Virus record (IMG/VR): IMGVR_UViG_3300011883_000001
DNA: 64,000 bases
Direction: 5' to 3' (one strand)
From: an uncultured virus (IMG/VR IMGVR_UViG_3300011883_000001)
Lineage: Duplodnaviria > Heunggongvirae > Uroviricota > Caudoviricetes > Schitoviridae
The translations under genes and the position numbers were made by a program. Within the stretch, counting starts at the first letter, position 1, and each line of letters starts with the position of its first letter. Under the pieces are notes generated by a model. It saw nothing but the letters and a program-made list of their open reading frames with translations, was not told the DNA's origin and did not search any database. Positions 37,592 to 47,032 of this stretch are shown here, in pieces.

Positions 37592-39709
37592 TTAGGATTT
37601 CAAACCATAGAATTTAGATTGAGCTTTCTTTTGTTTCTCTTCTTCCTCTTTTTTACGTTGAGCAGCGAACTTACGAAGTTGCATATCATTAAATTGTTTA
37701 TCCAACTTAGCTTTCTCTGCTTTAGCTTTTTGAGCACGTAATTTCTCTTGAGCTTCTTTAGCAGATTCTTGTTGCTTCTTCTGGTTAGCAATAACTTTAG
37801 CAGCTTGTAGTCTAGCCTCTTGAATTAATTGCCTATCCTGTTTGGGATTTAAACCATTAGGAATAACATCAGATTTTCCTCCTTTCTTGACGAAGTAATC
37901 TACTACTTCTTGCTTAGTTGGTTTAGCTACTTGCTTAACAGTTTCAGCTACTTTTTTAGGTTCAGCATTTACTACTGGTTTACTCGTAGTTGTTTTAGCT
38001 GCAACCTTCTGGACCTGCTTAGCTGCTTTAGATTCTTTAGGTGCATAGTAGTTATCGTAATGTTCTCTATCCAAAAGCTTAATAGCATTAGCACGAGAGA
38101 TTTCACCACCTGCAGCTCTGAACTCTTGCTGTAGTTGTTGCACAGCAGCATTCAAAGGATGATTAGCAGAATCATCATGCTTACGTTGTTTAGCTACCTG
38201 ATCAGATTCATTCTTAAGAAGAATACTAATCTGCTTAGCTAGATTACCATTACCACTACCATTGATGTTTTCATAACCCTTAGCACTTTGCATCCAGTCA
38301 TTAGCTGCACCATAAACTTTCTGTAATGAAACCAAGTCTAGATTGTTAGATAGAGGATTCTTCTTGATCTGGTCAATCACATCCCGACTGTCAGCAGTAA
38401 ACCAGTTACGTTCAGCTTTAGGATCAATCTGGTTAAAACGAGCAGGATCTAAAGGTTGATCTTTCTTCTGACGTTCCATATTCCACTTCAGTTTATTATC
38501 TTCATAACTAGCTAAAGTTTTCTGATAGGAAGCCATAGGAAGAGTAATACCTGTAGCTGCTGAGCCTCCACCTCCAACAGATGCAGCATAACGGTTTACT
38601 TTAGATACATAGCCTTTGGTTTCATCAGGCATACGTGATAACCAGTCCTTACCTCCTTTAGCAATAGCTTTTTGTACTTTACCTGCTCCTGCATTATAAG
38701 CAGCAGTTGCTTGATCATCTGTAAAACTATGGTATTTCTGAATACGGTTACGGTATTCATTAGCCCAAGCAATCTGTTCTTCTGCAGAAGTAGTTTCCAG
38801 ATTAATTGGTTTCATTCCATAGCCAGGTTGAGCAGCAGTCTTAGGCATGATCTGAGCAATACCCAATGCACCTGCAGGAGAACGCGTAAGTGAACCATCT
38901 GCTTTACGATGAGTAAAGTTAGACTCAGCTTTTAATTGTCCCTGGAAGATTGGAGATAGTTGAGCAGCATACTGAGCAATCTTATTCCCACCTCCAGTAG
39001 TTACAACATTACCATTAGCATCAATGGATTGAGTAACAGGAGTTTCCCCTGCTGCATAATCTTTAGCTGCATTTATCTGTGCTTGGGTAGTCTGTAAATT
39101 AAACTGACGTTCATCAAGGTTTTGTCTTAAATTGAACTGACGCTGATTTTCGTTGAAGTTTTGATTCCATTGATTATTGGTAGTATCAAACTTGGTTTTA
39201 TCCCAAGCATACTCACCAAACTGATTAACTATACCTGTAAGGTCAGCGTGAGGATTGGCTTGCATCTCTTGAGCTAATCCAGCTAACTGTTCATCAGTTG
39301 CACCTCTTGATTTAGCAAATGCATATGCAGCTTGGTTCTTAGCTGCAATAGCATTGAAATTAGCCTGCTTTTCATCAAAGTTCATTTGGTTGGTTTGACG
39401 TTGAAGCAAGGTATCAGGACGCATATCTATAGCATCACGTACCTTGTTCATGTCGTAACCTGAACCATACTTCTGTTGTAGAGCAGCAATTTGTTGTTGA
39501 GCTAAACCAAGTTGTTCTTGGTTTTGTGCTCCGTTCAAGATAGTAAGCATCTCATTAGTATTACGATCTTTAAGATCTCCGTAATAACCTTTGAAAGCTT
39601 CTTGGATTCCTCCAAGACCAGCTTGTGTTTGTTGGTTGGCACGAGCAATTGCATCCAGATAGTTTGACGTATCTGCAGGAGCAACGTTCTGCCATTGAAG
39701 TTTAGCCAT
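37592..39709 (-). CDS. Ejection protein with a lytic transglycosylase (SLT) domain (gp51 position)
   Basis: AES..SPAGALGIAQIMPKTA..AAYNAG..ETKGYV. Confidence 0.88.
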   Translation of the reverse strand: MAKLQWQNVAPADTSNYLDAIARANQQTQAGLGGIQEAFKGYYGDLKDRNTNEMLTILNGAQNQEQLGLAQQQIAALQQKYGSGYDMNKVRDAIDMRPDTLLQRQTNQMNFDEKQANFNAIAAKNQAAYAFAKSRGATDEQLAGLAQEMQANPHADLTGIVNQFGEYAWDKTKFDTTNNQWNQNFNENQRQFNLRQNLDERQFNLQTTQAQINAAKDYAAGETPVTQSIDANGNVVTTGGGNKIAQYAAQLSPIFQGQLKAESNFTHRKADGSLTRSPAGALGIAQIMPKTAAQPGYGMKPINLETTSAEEQIAWANEYRNRIQKYHSFTDDQATAAYNAGAGKVQKAIAKGGKDWLSRMPDETKGYVSKVNRYAASVGGGGSAATGITLPMASYQKTLASYEDNKLKWNMERQKKDQPLDPARFNQIDPKAERNWFTADSRDVIDQIKKNPLSNNLDLVSLQKVYGAANDWMQSAKGYENINGSGNGNLAKQISILLKNESDQVAKQRKHDDSANHPLNAAVQQLQQEFRAAGGEISRANAIKLLDREHYDNYYAPKESKAAKQVQKVAAKTTTSKPVVNAEPKKVAETVKQVAKPTKQEVVDYFVKKGGKSDVIPNGLNPKQDRQLIQEARLQAAKVIANQKKQQESAKEAQEKLRAQKAKAEKAKLDKQFNDMQLRKFAAQRKKEEEEKQKKAQSKFYGLKS

Positions 39710-39719
39710 GTACTAATCC

Positions 39720-40193
39720 TTATTTAAGACGGTTACGTTGCATGTATGATTGGGTAGATTCAGCCAATGGGTTAGCTGCAGCACGAGCATTCTGACGATC
39801 TTCTAGCTGAGTGTTATAAGAAGCTACCTGGTTTGCGTAGTTCTTATTCCATTGTGCAATAGAAGTCTTCATTTGCTGTTTAGCTAACTTATTTTGCTGC
39901 ATACCATTGAATGCTCCCCACAGTCCTGCAGCTGCTTGTAAACCACCCATAATAGTTGAACCATTACGTGATAAGAAACCAGCATTAGGATTTACATTAA
40001 GATTGATGTTTGAATCCAATCCTTGTTGGAAACCATAAGACTGAGCTGCAGCATTTCCTAGGATACCTGTAGAGAAATCAAGAGTTGGATTAGTACTTGG
40101 TTGTACCCAACTTGCTTGTGTGTAAGCCATGTTTGGATTAGAAGGGATTGCTGAACCAAACAAGCTTTGGTATTGGTTAATGTAATCAGACAT
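39720..40193 (-). CDS. Virion/ejection protein (N4 gp52-like)
   Basis: YNTQLEDRQNAR motif; synteny. Confidence 0.8.
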   Translation of the reverse strand: MSDYINQYQSLFGSAIPSNPNMAYTQASWVQPSTNPTLDFSTGILGNAAAQSYGFQQGLDSNINLNVNPNAGFLSRNGSTIMGGLQAAAGLWGAFNGMQQNKLAKQQMKTSIAQWNKNYANQVASYNTQLEDRQNARAAANPLAESTQSYMQRNRLK

Positions 40194-42531
40194 TTTTAAA
40201 TTGCTCCAGTTGTTGCAATAGTTGATGTAATGTAGGTAAGCGTAGATTTGAATCTACAAAGTTCTCCTGTACATTAAAAACTAGTGTACCAGGATTACCT
40301 AAGTGTATAGCTCTGTTGAAGTAATCTTCTGCATCCTCACCTAAGCGTATATCAAGTGTATTAGGGACTTCAAAGATAAATGTGTCTGCTGTTCCAAATC
40401 TGTGTAAACCAAGTTCCTCAGCTCGTTGATCTAGAGCTTTCTCTTTCTCACTTAGTTTTAACATATGATTTTGGTAGGCTTTCATCATTACTTGGAATTG
40501 GTGTTGTAATCCTTGATTAGCCATTGAGAAAGCAGGGTTTACAATAGTCAGGACTTTACTTGCCGTAACTGCAGCTTTACCTGTTTTAGTTAATACATTG
40601 TAACCACCCCAAGCAATAGCAATTACAGCAACAATAGCTGCAATAAAAGAAATAGTATTACCATCTAAACCAAGATTAATTAATAACTTGAAAGCCAGGT
40701 TAATAGCTATATTGATAGCTACGTTGACCACAATAGCAAAGGCAGCAACAGCTACCCATCCATATGCAGCTACACCTGCAGGAGGGAAGAAGAAAGTAAT
40801 CACAGCTCCAATAATAAACATAGCTACTTTAAAGATGCCTTTCTGATACCACTTTTCTTTAACCTTCTGTACAGTATTAATAATGATATGCATAGACTTA
40901 GCATATAACCTTTCTAGCTTTACTCCTTGTAAATCGTGCTTTAAAGAAAGATCTAAAGGTACGAGTAAATCCTCACTATCGTAAGACTGTTTCATAACTT
41001 TACCGTCAAAATTACAATAGCTGCTCATATTAACTACTGCTACTTCTGAATAAGTAGTTGCTGTTAATTGTTTAAAATATTTATGGACACCTCTGGTATA
41101 TTCAGCAGTATAGTGACCTACTTCAGTTTTTACTCCTTGACGGGTAGTTAAATGAATACCGTCAAAAGTTAAACCATAAACTGTCCAAGCATCCCCTAAC
41201 CTGATATCAGTACCTGATTTATAAAATAAACCTGGCTCAATGCTTTGAGTTAAGCCTTTACGATTACCTAACGCTAATGACAAATTGTTCTTGAGGATTG
41301 CAGAACCTTGAATAGTTTTATCAGGAAGTTTTCTATATTGTTCAGCAAAGAATGCATACAAGTACTGAGTATTTACTGGATCTTTATCATTTGCTGCAAC
41401 ACCAAAATTAAGGAAGATTTCTTTAACATATTTAAGGTTAGACATATTCTCATGTAAGGTATCAATCCAGTTAATCCAATCAAAACCAAGTTTCTTACAT
41501 AGTTTGCTTAAAGACTTATAAGCATTAGTTGAAGAGTCATAAGCTTCATATACCTTACGTCCCCACAAACGAGCATATACACGAGGTAGGTATTGACCTT
41601 GAACATCCTCAGACCTGAAGATACGTTCTAAATAGTTATTAGTTTGAGATCCTCGTTTATAACTTAGATAGTGTGTAGTGTTGTAAGCTTGATAACGTAT
41701 CATTAGATAAGTAGCATCTAATCCATCATCTCCAGTACCTAGAGCAATAGCGTTAGGATCAAACTCTTCTTCAATCTCTCCTAGTAGTATTTCAGGATCA
41801 ATGCTAGAACTGATGTAGTTTAGATATCCCATCTTGACTGTGTAGGTTTGCTTATTTCCTGCAGTGTCTTTATAGGTAAAAATAAAATTAGCATATGGAT
41901 CTACATCATCTGGGATAGTACCTATAGGAGTAAATGGTCTAGTTTCTTTTGAACGAAAAGGAGTAGGTCTAGATCTAGGTGAGATTCCGTAGAGATTTAC
42001 TTGTACAGGATCAGTAATCTCTAACGTATAGTTGCTAAGGTATAATTGAATATCTTCTAAGTAGACTGCAAATCCTTTCTCATTAGATTGGTTTACTGCT
42101 TCATTGGTTTCTGGATTATACCCATAGAAATCTTCTAGACATTGCCAAGCCATATGTAAAAAATTGATCTCACCAAAGATACTATAATCTACGGTTACGT
42201 TAGTTCCTAACCACTGTTCCAATGCATTCTTAGTTTTAGCTTTTAAATCAGAATCCTCATAAAAAGTCTGACTACTCCATGTACCTCCCAAATCATAATC
42301 AGATCGTTGGGATAACTTATACGCACTTTTAAGTTTAGGGATCACAGAGTTAGCTGTAGCTTCTGCTATATAGTCAGGTAAGGTTTTAGATGTGATTTTA
42401 GTACTGCCACTATCTGTAGAGGAGATATAAGAATATACAGCCATATGAGATGCTGGTTTAATCTCACTGTCTTCAATCATCCTACTAGCAGAACTATTAC
42501 GAAGTCTCTTTGTACCCATTAATTTCTCCAA
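40186..42531 (-). CDS. Virion structural protein (N4 gp53-like)
   Basis: KWYQKGIFK followed by hydrophobic segments; synteny. Confidence 0.8.
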   Translation of the reverse strand: MEKLMGTKRLRNSSASRMIEDSEIKPASHMAVYSYISSTDSGSTKITSKTLPDYIAEATANSVIPKLKSAYKLSQRSDYDLGGTWSSQTFYEDSDLKAKTKNALEQWLGTNVTVDYSIFGEINFLHMAWQCLEDFYGYNPETNEAVNQSNEKGFAVYLEDIQLYLSNYTLEITDPVQVNLYGISPRSRPTPFRSKETRPFTPIGTIPDDVDPYANFIFTYKDTAGNKQTYTVKMGYLNYISSSIDPEILLGEIEEEFDPNAIALGTGDDGLDATYLMIRYQAYNTTHYLSYKRGSQTNNYLERIFRSEDVQGQYLPRVYARLWGRKVYEAYDSSTNAYKSLSKLCKKLGFDWINWIDTLHENMSNLKYVKEIFLNFGVAANDKDPVNTQYLYAFFAEQYRKLPDKTIQGSAILKNNLSLALGNRKGLTQSIEPGLFYKSGTDIRLGDAWTVYGLTFDGIHLTTRQGVKTEVGHYTAEYTRGVHKYFKQLTATTYSEVAVVNMSSYCNFDGKVMKQSYDSEDLLVPLDLSLKHDLQGVKLERLYAKSMHIIINTVQKVKEKWYQKGIFKVAMFIIGAVITFFFPPAGVAAYGWVAVAAFAIVVNVAINIAINLAFKLLINLGLDGNTISFIAAIVAVIAIAWGGYNVLTKTGKAAVTASKVLTIVNPAFSMANQGLQHQFQVMMKAYQNHMLKLSEKEKALDQRAEELGLHRFGTADTFIFEVPNTLDIRLGEDAEDYFNRAIHLGNPGTLVFNVQENFVDSNLRLPTLHQLLQQLEQFKNV

Positions 42532-42532
42532 T

Positions 42533-42556
42533 AAAAAAGGGAGCTTACTGCTCCCT
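42533..42556 (-). terminator. Intrinsic terminator
   Basis: AGGGAGC-AGTAA-GCTCCCT-TTTTT on the minus strand. Confidence 0.8.
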
Positions 42557-42572
42557 AGTTTACACTTAATGA

Positions 42573-43679
42573 TTAAGTATTAACGCCAATACCAGCTAGA
42601 AGTTTAGTCATTGCTCTACCAATGGTTGTGTCATCTAACTTATTAATTACTGTAGCTTGCTCACCGTCATCAGTATTACGGCGTACGTTCCAAGTATCTA
42701 CAAGGATCTTAGCTGCTTTCTGTTCAGCATCACGAAGATAACCATCTGCTTGAGCATTCAGTACAGAGATGTTTGCTCCAAGTACAGAACCTGGAGATGC
42801 TGTAGCTTGAGTCTGAGCATTCTCAGTTAATACTTTAGCTGCGTATAACTGTGCTTGAGCTTTAGCTGCATCAATCTCTGCAAGCTTAACTTCGATCTCT
42901 TTCTCACGTACTTGAAGTTCAGCTTCAGCTAATAAGATCTGTTTATCTTGAAGAGCTAACTGAGAAGTTTTAAGTTCCAGTTCTTTCTCTAAGATATCTG
43001 ATTGACGAGTCATCTGAGCAATCTCAGCTTGGATCTTATCAATCTGGAATGGAATGATCTTATTCTCTTCAGTGATTTTATCAATCTGTGCTGTAGCAAG
43101 AGCAATGTCTTTATCTAAACGAGTAGTTTCTAATTGAAGGTTAGCTACCTCTACAGGAAGCTTATTCTCAGTTTCATAGATTACTTGGTTTTTCTGAGCT
43201 TCAGTTAATAGAACCTGAACTTCAGCATGTTTCGTTTGATTCTTAAGGAGTTTAATTTCTACAGGGATTTTAGCTAGATTAGCATCTGCTGCTTTAACCT
43301 GGATCTCTGTAAGCTCTGTATCCGCTTGTGCACCAGCAATTTGTGCACTACGTAGTTGAGCATCCTTAATTGCAATCTCTACTTGAGCATCAATTAGAGC
43401 ACCTTGTTTAGTAAGATTCTCTAGCTCAATACCTTGAGCTTTGGCTTTAAGAAGATAATCCACAGATACACCTAGAATGGTTTGCATACCACCTAGATAT
43501 ACCTGTGCATACTCTGGACCACGAATACGTTGCTTATCAAACTCTTGCTTAATATGAGCATTGAATGACTTCATGAGAACATCGAATACACCTGTACCTT
43601 CAATAGTTCCAGAAGTCAGTTCACTGACGTTCAATGGTTCTTCTAGCTGTGCTAGTTTGATTTCAATGTTCTCACTCAT
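42573..43679 (-). CDS. Virion structural protein (N4 gp54-like)
   Basis: GTGVFDVLM..RIRGPEYAQVYLG; RDAEQKAAKILVDTW. Confidence 0.85.
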   Translation of the reverse strand: MSENIEIKLAQLEEPLNVSELTSGTIEGTGVFDVLMKSFNAHIKQEFDKQRIRGPEYAQVYLGGMQTILGVSVDYLLKAKAQGIELENLTKQGALIDAQVEIAIKDAQLRSAQIAGAQADTELTEIQVKAADANLAKIPVEIKLLKNQTKHAEVQVLLTEAQKNQVIYETENKLPVEVANLQLETTRLDKDIALATAQIDKITEENKIIPFQIDKIQAEIAQMTRQSDILEKELELKTSQLALQDKQILLAEAELQVREKEIEVKLAEIDAAKAQAQLYAAKVLTENAQTQATASPGSVLGANISVLNAQADGYLRDAEQKAAKILVDTWNVRRNTDDGEQATVINKLDDTTIGRAMTKLLAGIGVNT

Positions 43680-43682
43680 TCA

Positions 43683-44234
43683 TTATTCCTCAGCTAACGC
43701 ACCAGTTCGAGCTTGTTGGTCAGCTAGTTCTTTCAACTCTTCTGGAGTTAATGGATCTAGGATAGAGACAGCATATGCTTGTACCAATCGAGCTGTAGTA
43801 ACCTGAACACCTTGAGCATTCTTCTTGTTAGTGAACTGTTGGAACTTCTTCTCTTTAATTGAGTTCAGCAGAATTTGCTCTACATGCCATTCACGACCAA
43901 ATGGAATTGTACGTGTAATTGTACCTACCAAATCATTAGATACAGAGAAGACATCACAATCCAGATTAGAAGCTTTAGTCGCATCAATAGGTGTTAAGAT
44001 AATACGAATAAGTTTTGTAGCTTCTAGATATTTACGAGTAGTTTCGTCAGCTTCTTCTTCATCTACTTCTGCTTCAACAGCTGCAGCTTCTAACTTTTCA
44101 TTGATCTTAGATTTAAGTGTAGTTGCTGAGATGTTCTTAGAGTATGTGATACCCATACGATCAGCTTGAGCTTTAAGTAGCGTTAGTTCGTCACGTTCTT
44201 GAACTTGAGTTTCTTCTTGGATTAAATCTGTCAT
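43683..44234 (-). CDS. N4 gp55-like protein
   Basis: ELTLLKAQADRMGI..LDPLTPEELKELA..Q. Confidence 0.82.
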   Translation of the reverse strand: MTDLIQEETQVQERDELTLLKAQADRMGITYSKNISATTLKSKINEKLEAAAVEAEVDEEEADETTRKYLEATKLIRIILTPIDATKASNLDCDVFSVSNDLVGTITRTIPFGREWHVEQILLNSIKEKKFQQFTNKKNAQGVQVTTARLVQAYAVSILDPLTPEELKELADQQARTGALAEE

Positions 44235-44257
44235 GTGTTTACCTTTTGAATATGTGA

Positions 44258-44286
44258 ATAAGAAGAGGGGAGTTTCTCACTCCCCT
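44258..44286 (-). terminator. Terminator after the major capsid gene
   Basis: AGGGGAGT-GAGAA-ACTCCCCT-CTTCTT on the minus strand. Confidence 0.7.
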
Positions 44287-44296
44287 AGGTAACTAA

Positions 44297-45472
44297 TTAA
44301 AGTTTACCTGCAGTCTTGATTACTGCTAGACGTTCAGGACGGATTACCATAAAGCCATACCACCATTGGATAGACATGAAACCAGTCTTACCGTATGGAT
44401 CGTAGTTAGCTGAGGCTGTCTCAGCACCTGGTTTCTTATGGATGATCTTGAACTTCACAGACTTAGCATCTGATTGGAAACCAATAGTAGTGAATGATTC
44501 AGAACCAACTACCAACAGTGGGAATACATCTACCTTACCACCTGTAGCGTGTACACCATCAGCAATTGTACCTGCAGCTCCTGCACCTTCCCATGCCATC
44601 ATCTCTGGGTTGATAATGATACGGAATTCATCAACAGAACCAATCTCACCTTTCAGTGGAGTAGTACCAGCAGCATATTGCTGTACTGGGATGAATGCGG
44701 GATTACCAAAGAAGTCAGTCATCTTACGGAAAGTGTTCTTCATCTTAGGACCAGCATAAAGCAAACGAGCAGCTGGAATTACACGAGTATCTACATTGGT
44801 AGTACCAACGTTGATCTTGGTGTCTTTAGGACAACGGTTGTTATCCAGAGTAGTAGCTAAGTTCACAAGACCTGCATAACTAATTACAGCATCTTTATCA
44901 ATTGTAGCTGTAGATACAGCAGAACCCGCATATTGAGTTACACCAGCGTTGTTAATCAAATCTACTTGCAGAAGATCTTCAGTAATCTTGTTTGCACCAA
45001 TCAATGATTCACGGTTGATGTGAGTCATTAGTTCAGCATCAGTATCGAAGTTCACAGAATCTTCAGTGTATTCAGAGAAGAAACCGTAATTCTGGAATGT
45101 GCCTTCAATAGTCTTACGTGTATAACCTACACGGTTCACACGACCACCATTCTCAGCAAGAGTAGGGAACTTACCTACAATCTTACCTACGTCACGGCTA
45201 GAACCGTATAAGTTACCATCTGCAATGGTTACACCATCTGCATCAATACCTTGGTCATTGACGTTACGATCATCCAGTAAAGGTACATATACGTAACGTA
45301 CGATACGCTTACCAAAATGCATTGGCATATCAGTAGTAGAAGCCAGTGGTGTGAAATACTGTTCTTTAGCTACTTCTGTAATTGCCTTACGAGCATAGAA
45401 GAAGTCTTGAAGTTGTGTACCAATTGTAGATGGGTTAGCTACATCGTTACCTTGGTTATAAGCTTGTGCCAT
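44297..45472 (-). CDS. Major capsid protein (N4 gp56-like)
   Basis: PLLDDRNVNDQGIDA, GNLYGSS, ENGGRVNRVG, DPYG..GFMSI.WWYG. Confidence 0.96.
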   Translation of the reverse strand: MAQAYNQGNDVANPSTIGTQLQDFFYARKAITEVAKEQYFTPLASTTDMPMHFGKRIVRYVYVPLLDDRNVNDQGIDADGVTIADGNLYGSSRDVGKIVGKFPTLAENGGRVNRVGYTRKTIEGTFQNYGFFSEYTEDSVNFDTDAELMTHINRESLIGANKITEDLLQVDLINNAGVTQYAGSAVSTATIDKDAVISYAGLVNLATTLDNNRCPKDTKINVGTTNVDTRVIPAARLLYAGPKMKNTFRKMTDFFGNPAFIPVQQYAAGTTPLKGEIGSVDEFRIIINPEMMAWEGAGAAGTIADGVHATGGKVDVFPLLVVGSESFTTIGFQSDAKSVKFKIIHKKPGAETASANYDPYGKTGFMSIQWWYGFMVIRPERLAVIKTAGKL

Positions 45473-45483
45473 GTCAATTTACC

Positions 45484-46692
45484 TTATTGAGTTAAGAATT
45501 TAGGATCAATCTTTGCAAACTCTTCTTCACTCATGTTCCAAATATCATGAGGAGTTAAGCTTGGTTTACTTACCCCTGCTTTCTGAGTACTTGGTGCAGC
45601 AGCAGCTTGTCTTGCAGGATTAGGAGCACGTTGTGGAGATTGAACAGGTACTGGTACAGGAATAGGTTGTTGTACTTGGTTTACTACAGGAGTAGGTTGT
45701 TGAGTGTGAGCTGGCTCTGCCCCACCAAACATTGCCGTACCAATAGCATCATATGCTTGAAGGTTAGTCATACCTTGTAAACGACCTAATGCACGTTCTT
45801 GTTCAACACGTGACCATACTTGCTGGAACAAGCCTTTCTCTGCTTGATCAACTAACGTAGCTAACAACTCTGGATTGTTATAAACGTATTCTTGATCTTG
45901 CACTTGAGATGAACTAACGAAGCTAATAACGTCTTGGAATTTAGGACGAGAAGACAATGCTTCAGTTACTTCGTTAAATGCATACTCTGAATCAGACATC
46001 GTTGCAGGAGTAGGAGCATAGTTAGATACTCGGTCTTCATCTACAGAATACAGATCAATATCTGCATCCTTGACTAAACGAGCAATAGCTTCTGGTTTAC
46101 GTTGATGAATATCAATGAGTAATCCAAGAGCTTCTTGGTCAATACCATTGGCTTCAAGAGCTTTAACCATTTTAAGAGCTGGCTTAAGTGTTGCCATCTT
46201 AACGTTATAGTCAATGCCTTTCTGCATTAGAGAAACAACATCTTTAGGATCTGTAACCTGGAACTCTTTACCACTAGCATTGAACTTAGCAGTGACTTGT
46301 TGGTAGAAGTCTACTTCTGGAGTTGTACTTGTTGGTTGAGGTTCTTGCTTCTCTACAGCTGATTGAGCTTCACCCTCTACAGAAACACCTGCCTGGGAGA
46401 CTTCGCTATGCTCAGCTCCCACTTGGGTTTCTTCGAGGTTTTGCTCAACAGCTGGAGTTGGTTGAGATTCTGGTGCTTGGTTATTCTCTACTACTTCAGG
46501 TTGAGTGACTTGGTTTTCTTGAAGTGCTTGAGTACCTGGAACTTCATTGCTGTTAGAGTTTGTCAGCATGTCAGAAGTTAGTTCACTAGGTCCAGAACTC
46601 TGTGGTAGGAGATTAGGATCTAGCTGGTTGAACTCTTCTTCAGACATGTTTTGCAATTGCTCAACAGTTAAAGATTGATAATCAATTGTCAT
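45484..46692 (-). CDS. N4 gp57-like protein (scaffold/tape-measure-like)
   Basis: FNASGKEFQV..LMQKGIDY..KM; MSEEEF at both ends. Confidence 0.85.
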   Translation of the reverse strand: MTIDYQSLTVEQLQNMSEEEFNQLDPNLLPQSSGPSELTSDMLTNSNSNEVPGTQALQENQVTQPEVVENNQAPESQPTPAVEQNLEETQVGAEHSEVSQAGVSVEGEAQSAVEKQEPQPTSTTPEVDFYQQVTAKFNASGKEFQVTDPKDVVSLMQKGIDYNVKMATLKPALKMVKALEANGIDQEALGLLIDIHQRKPEAIARLVKDADIDLYSVDEDRVSNYAPTPATMSDSEYAFNEVTEALSSRPKFQDVISFVSSSQVQDQEYVYNNPELLATLVDQAEKGLFQQVWSRVEQERALGRLQGMTNLQAYDAIGTAMFGGAEPAHTQQPTPVVNQVQQPIPVPVPVQSPQRAPNPARQAAAAPSTQKAGVSKPSLTPHDIWNMSEEEFAKIDPKFLTQ

Positions 46693-46703
46693 GGATTTTC
46701 CTG

Positions 46704-47021
46704 TTAATGATTTCGTTGTAACTCAGCTTCTGCTAAGCGCATATCTATTGAGTCAGAATCTACCTGTAACTTACTTAAAAATCTAGCAAAAGTAGCAATA
46801 GAATTAAGTTTATATTCAAGTGATTCTTTAAATTCTTCAGATGCGGTTGTATCAGCTTTAGAATGAACCAAGGATACTGCATAAGAATTCAGGTAATGAT
46901 CTTTAAAAACTTTGATAAAGTCAGGGTTGATCATGAGACGTTTATAGCACTCAAGCAACTCTTTCTCTTTCCTCAGTTCTCTGATTTCATCATTTAACTT
47001 TCGTTCTTCTGCAATATCCAT
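46704..47021 (-). CDS. N4 gp58-like protein
   Basis: RLMINPDFIKVF..YL; synteny. Confidence 0.75.
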   Translation of the reverse strand: MDIAEERKLNDEIRELRKEKELLECYKRLMINPDFIKVFKDHYLNSYAVSLVHSKADTTASEEFKESLEYKLNSIATFARFLSKLQVDSDSIDMRLAEAELQRNH

Positions 47022-47032
47022 AATTCAGTTAC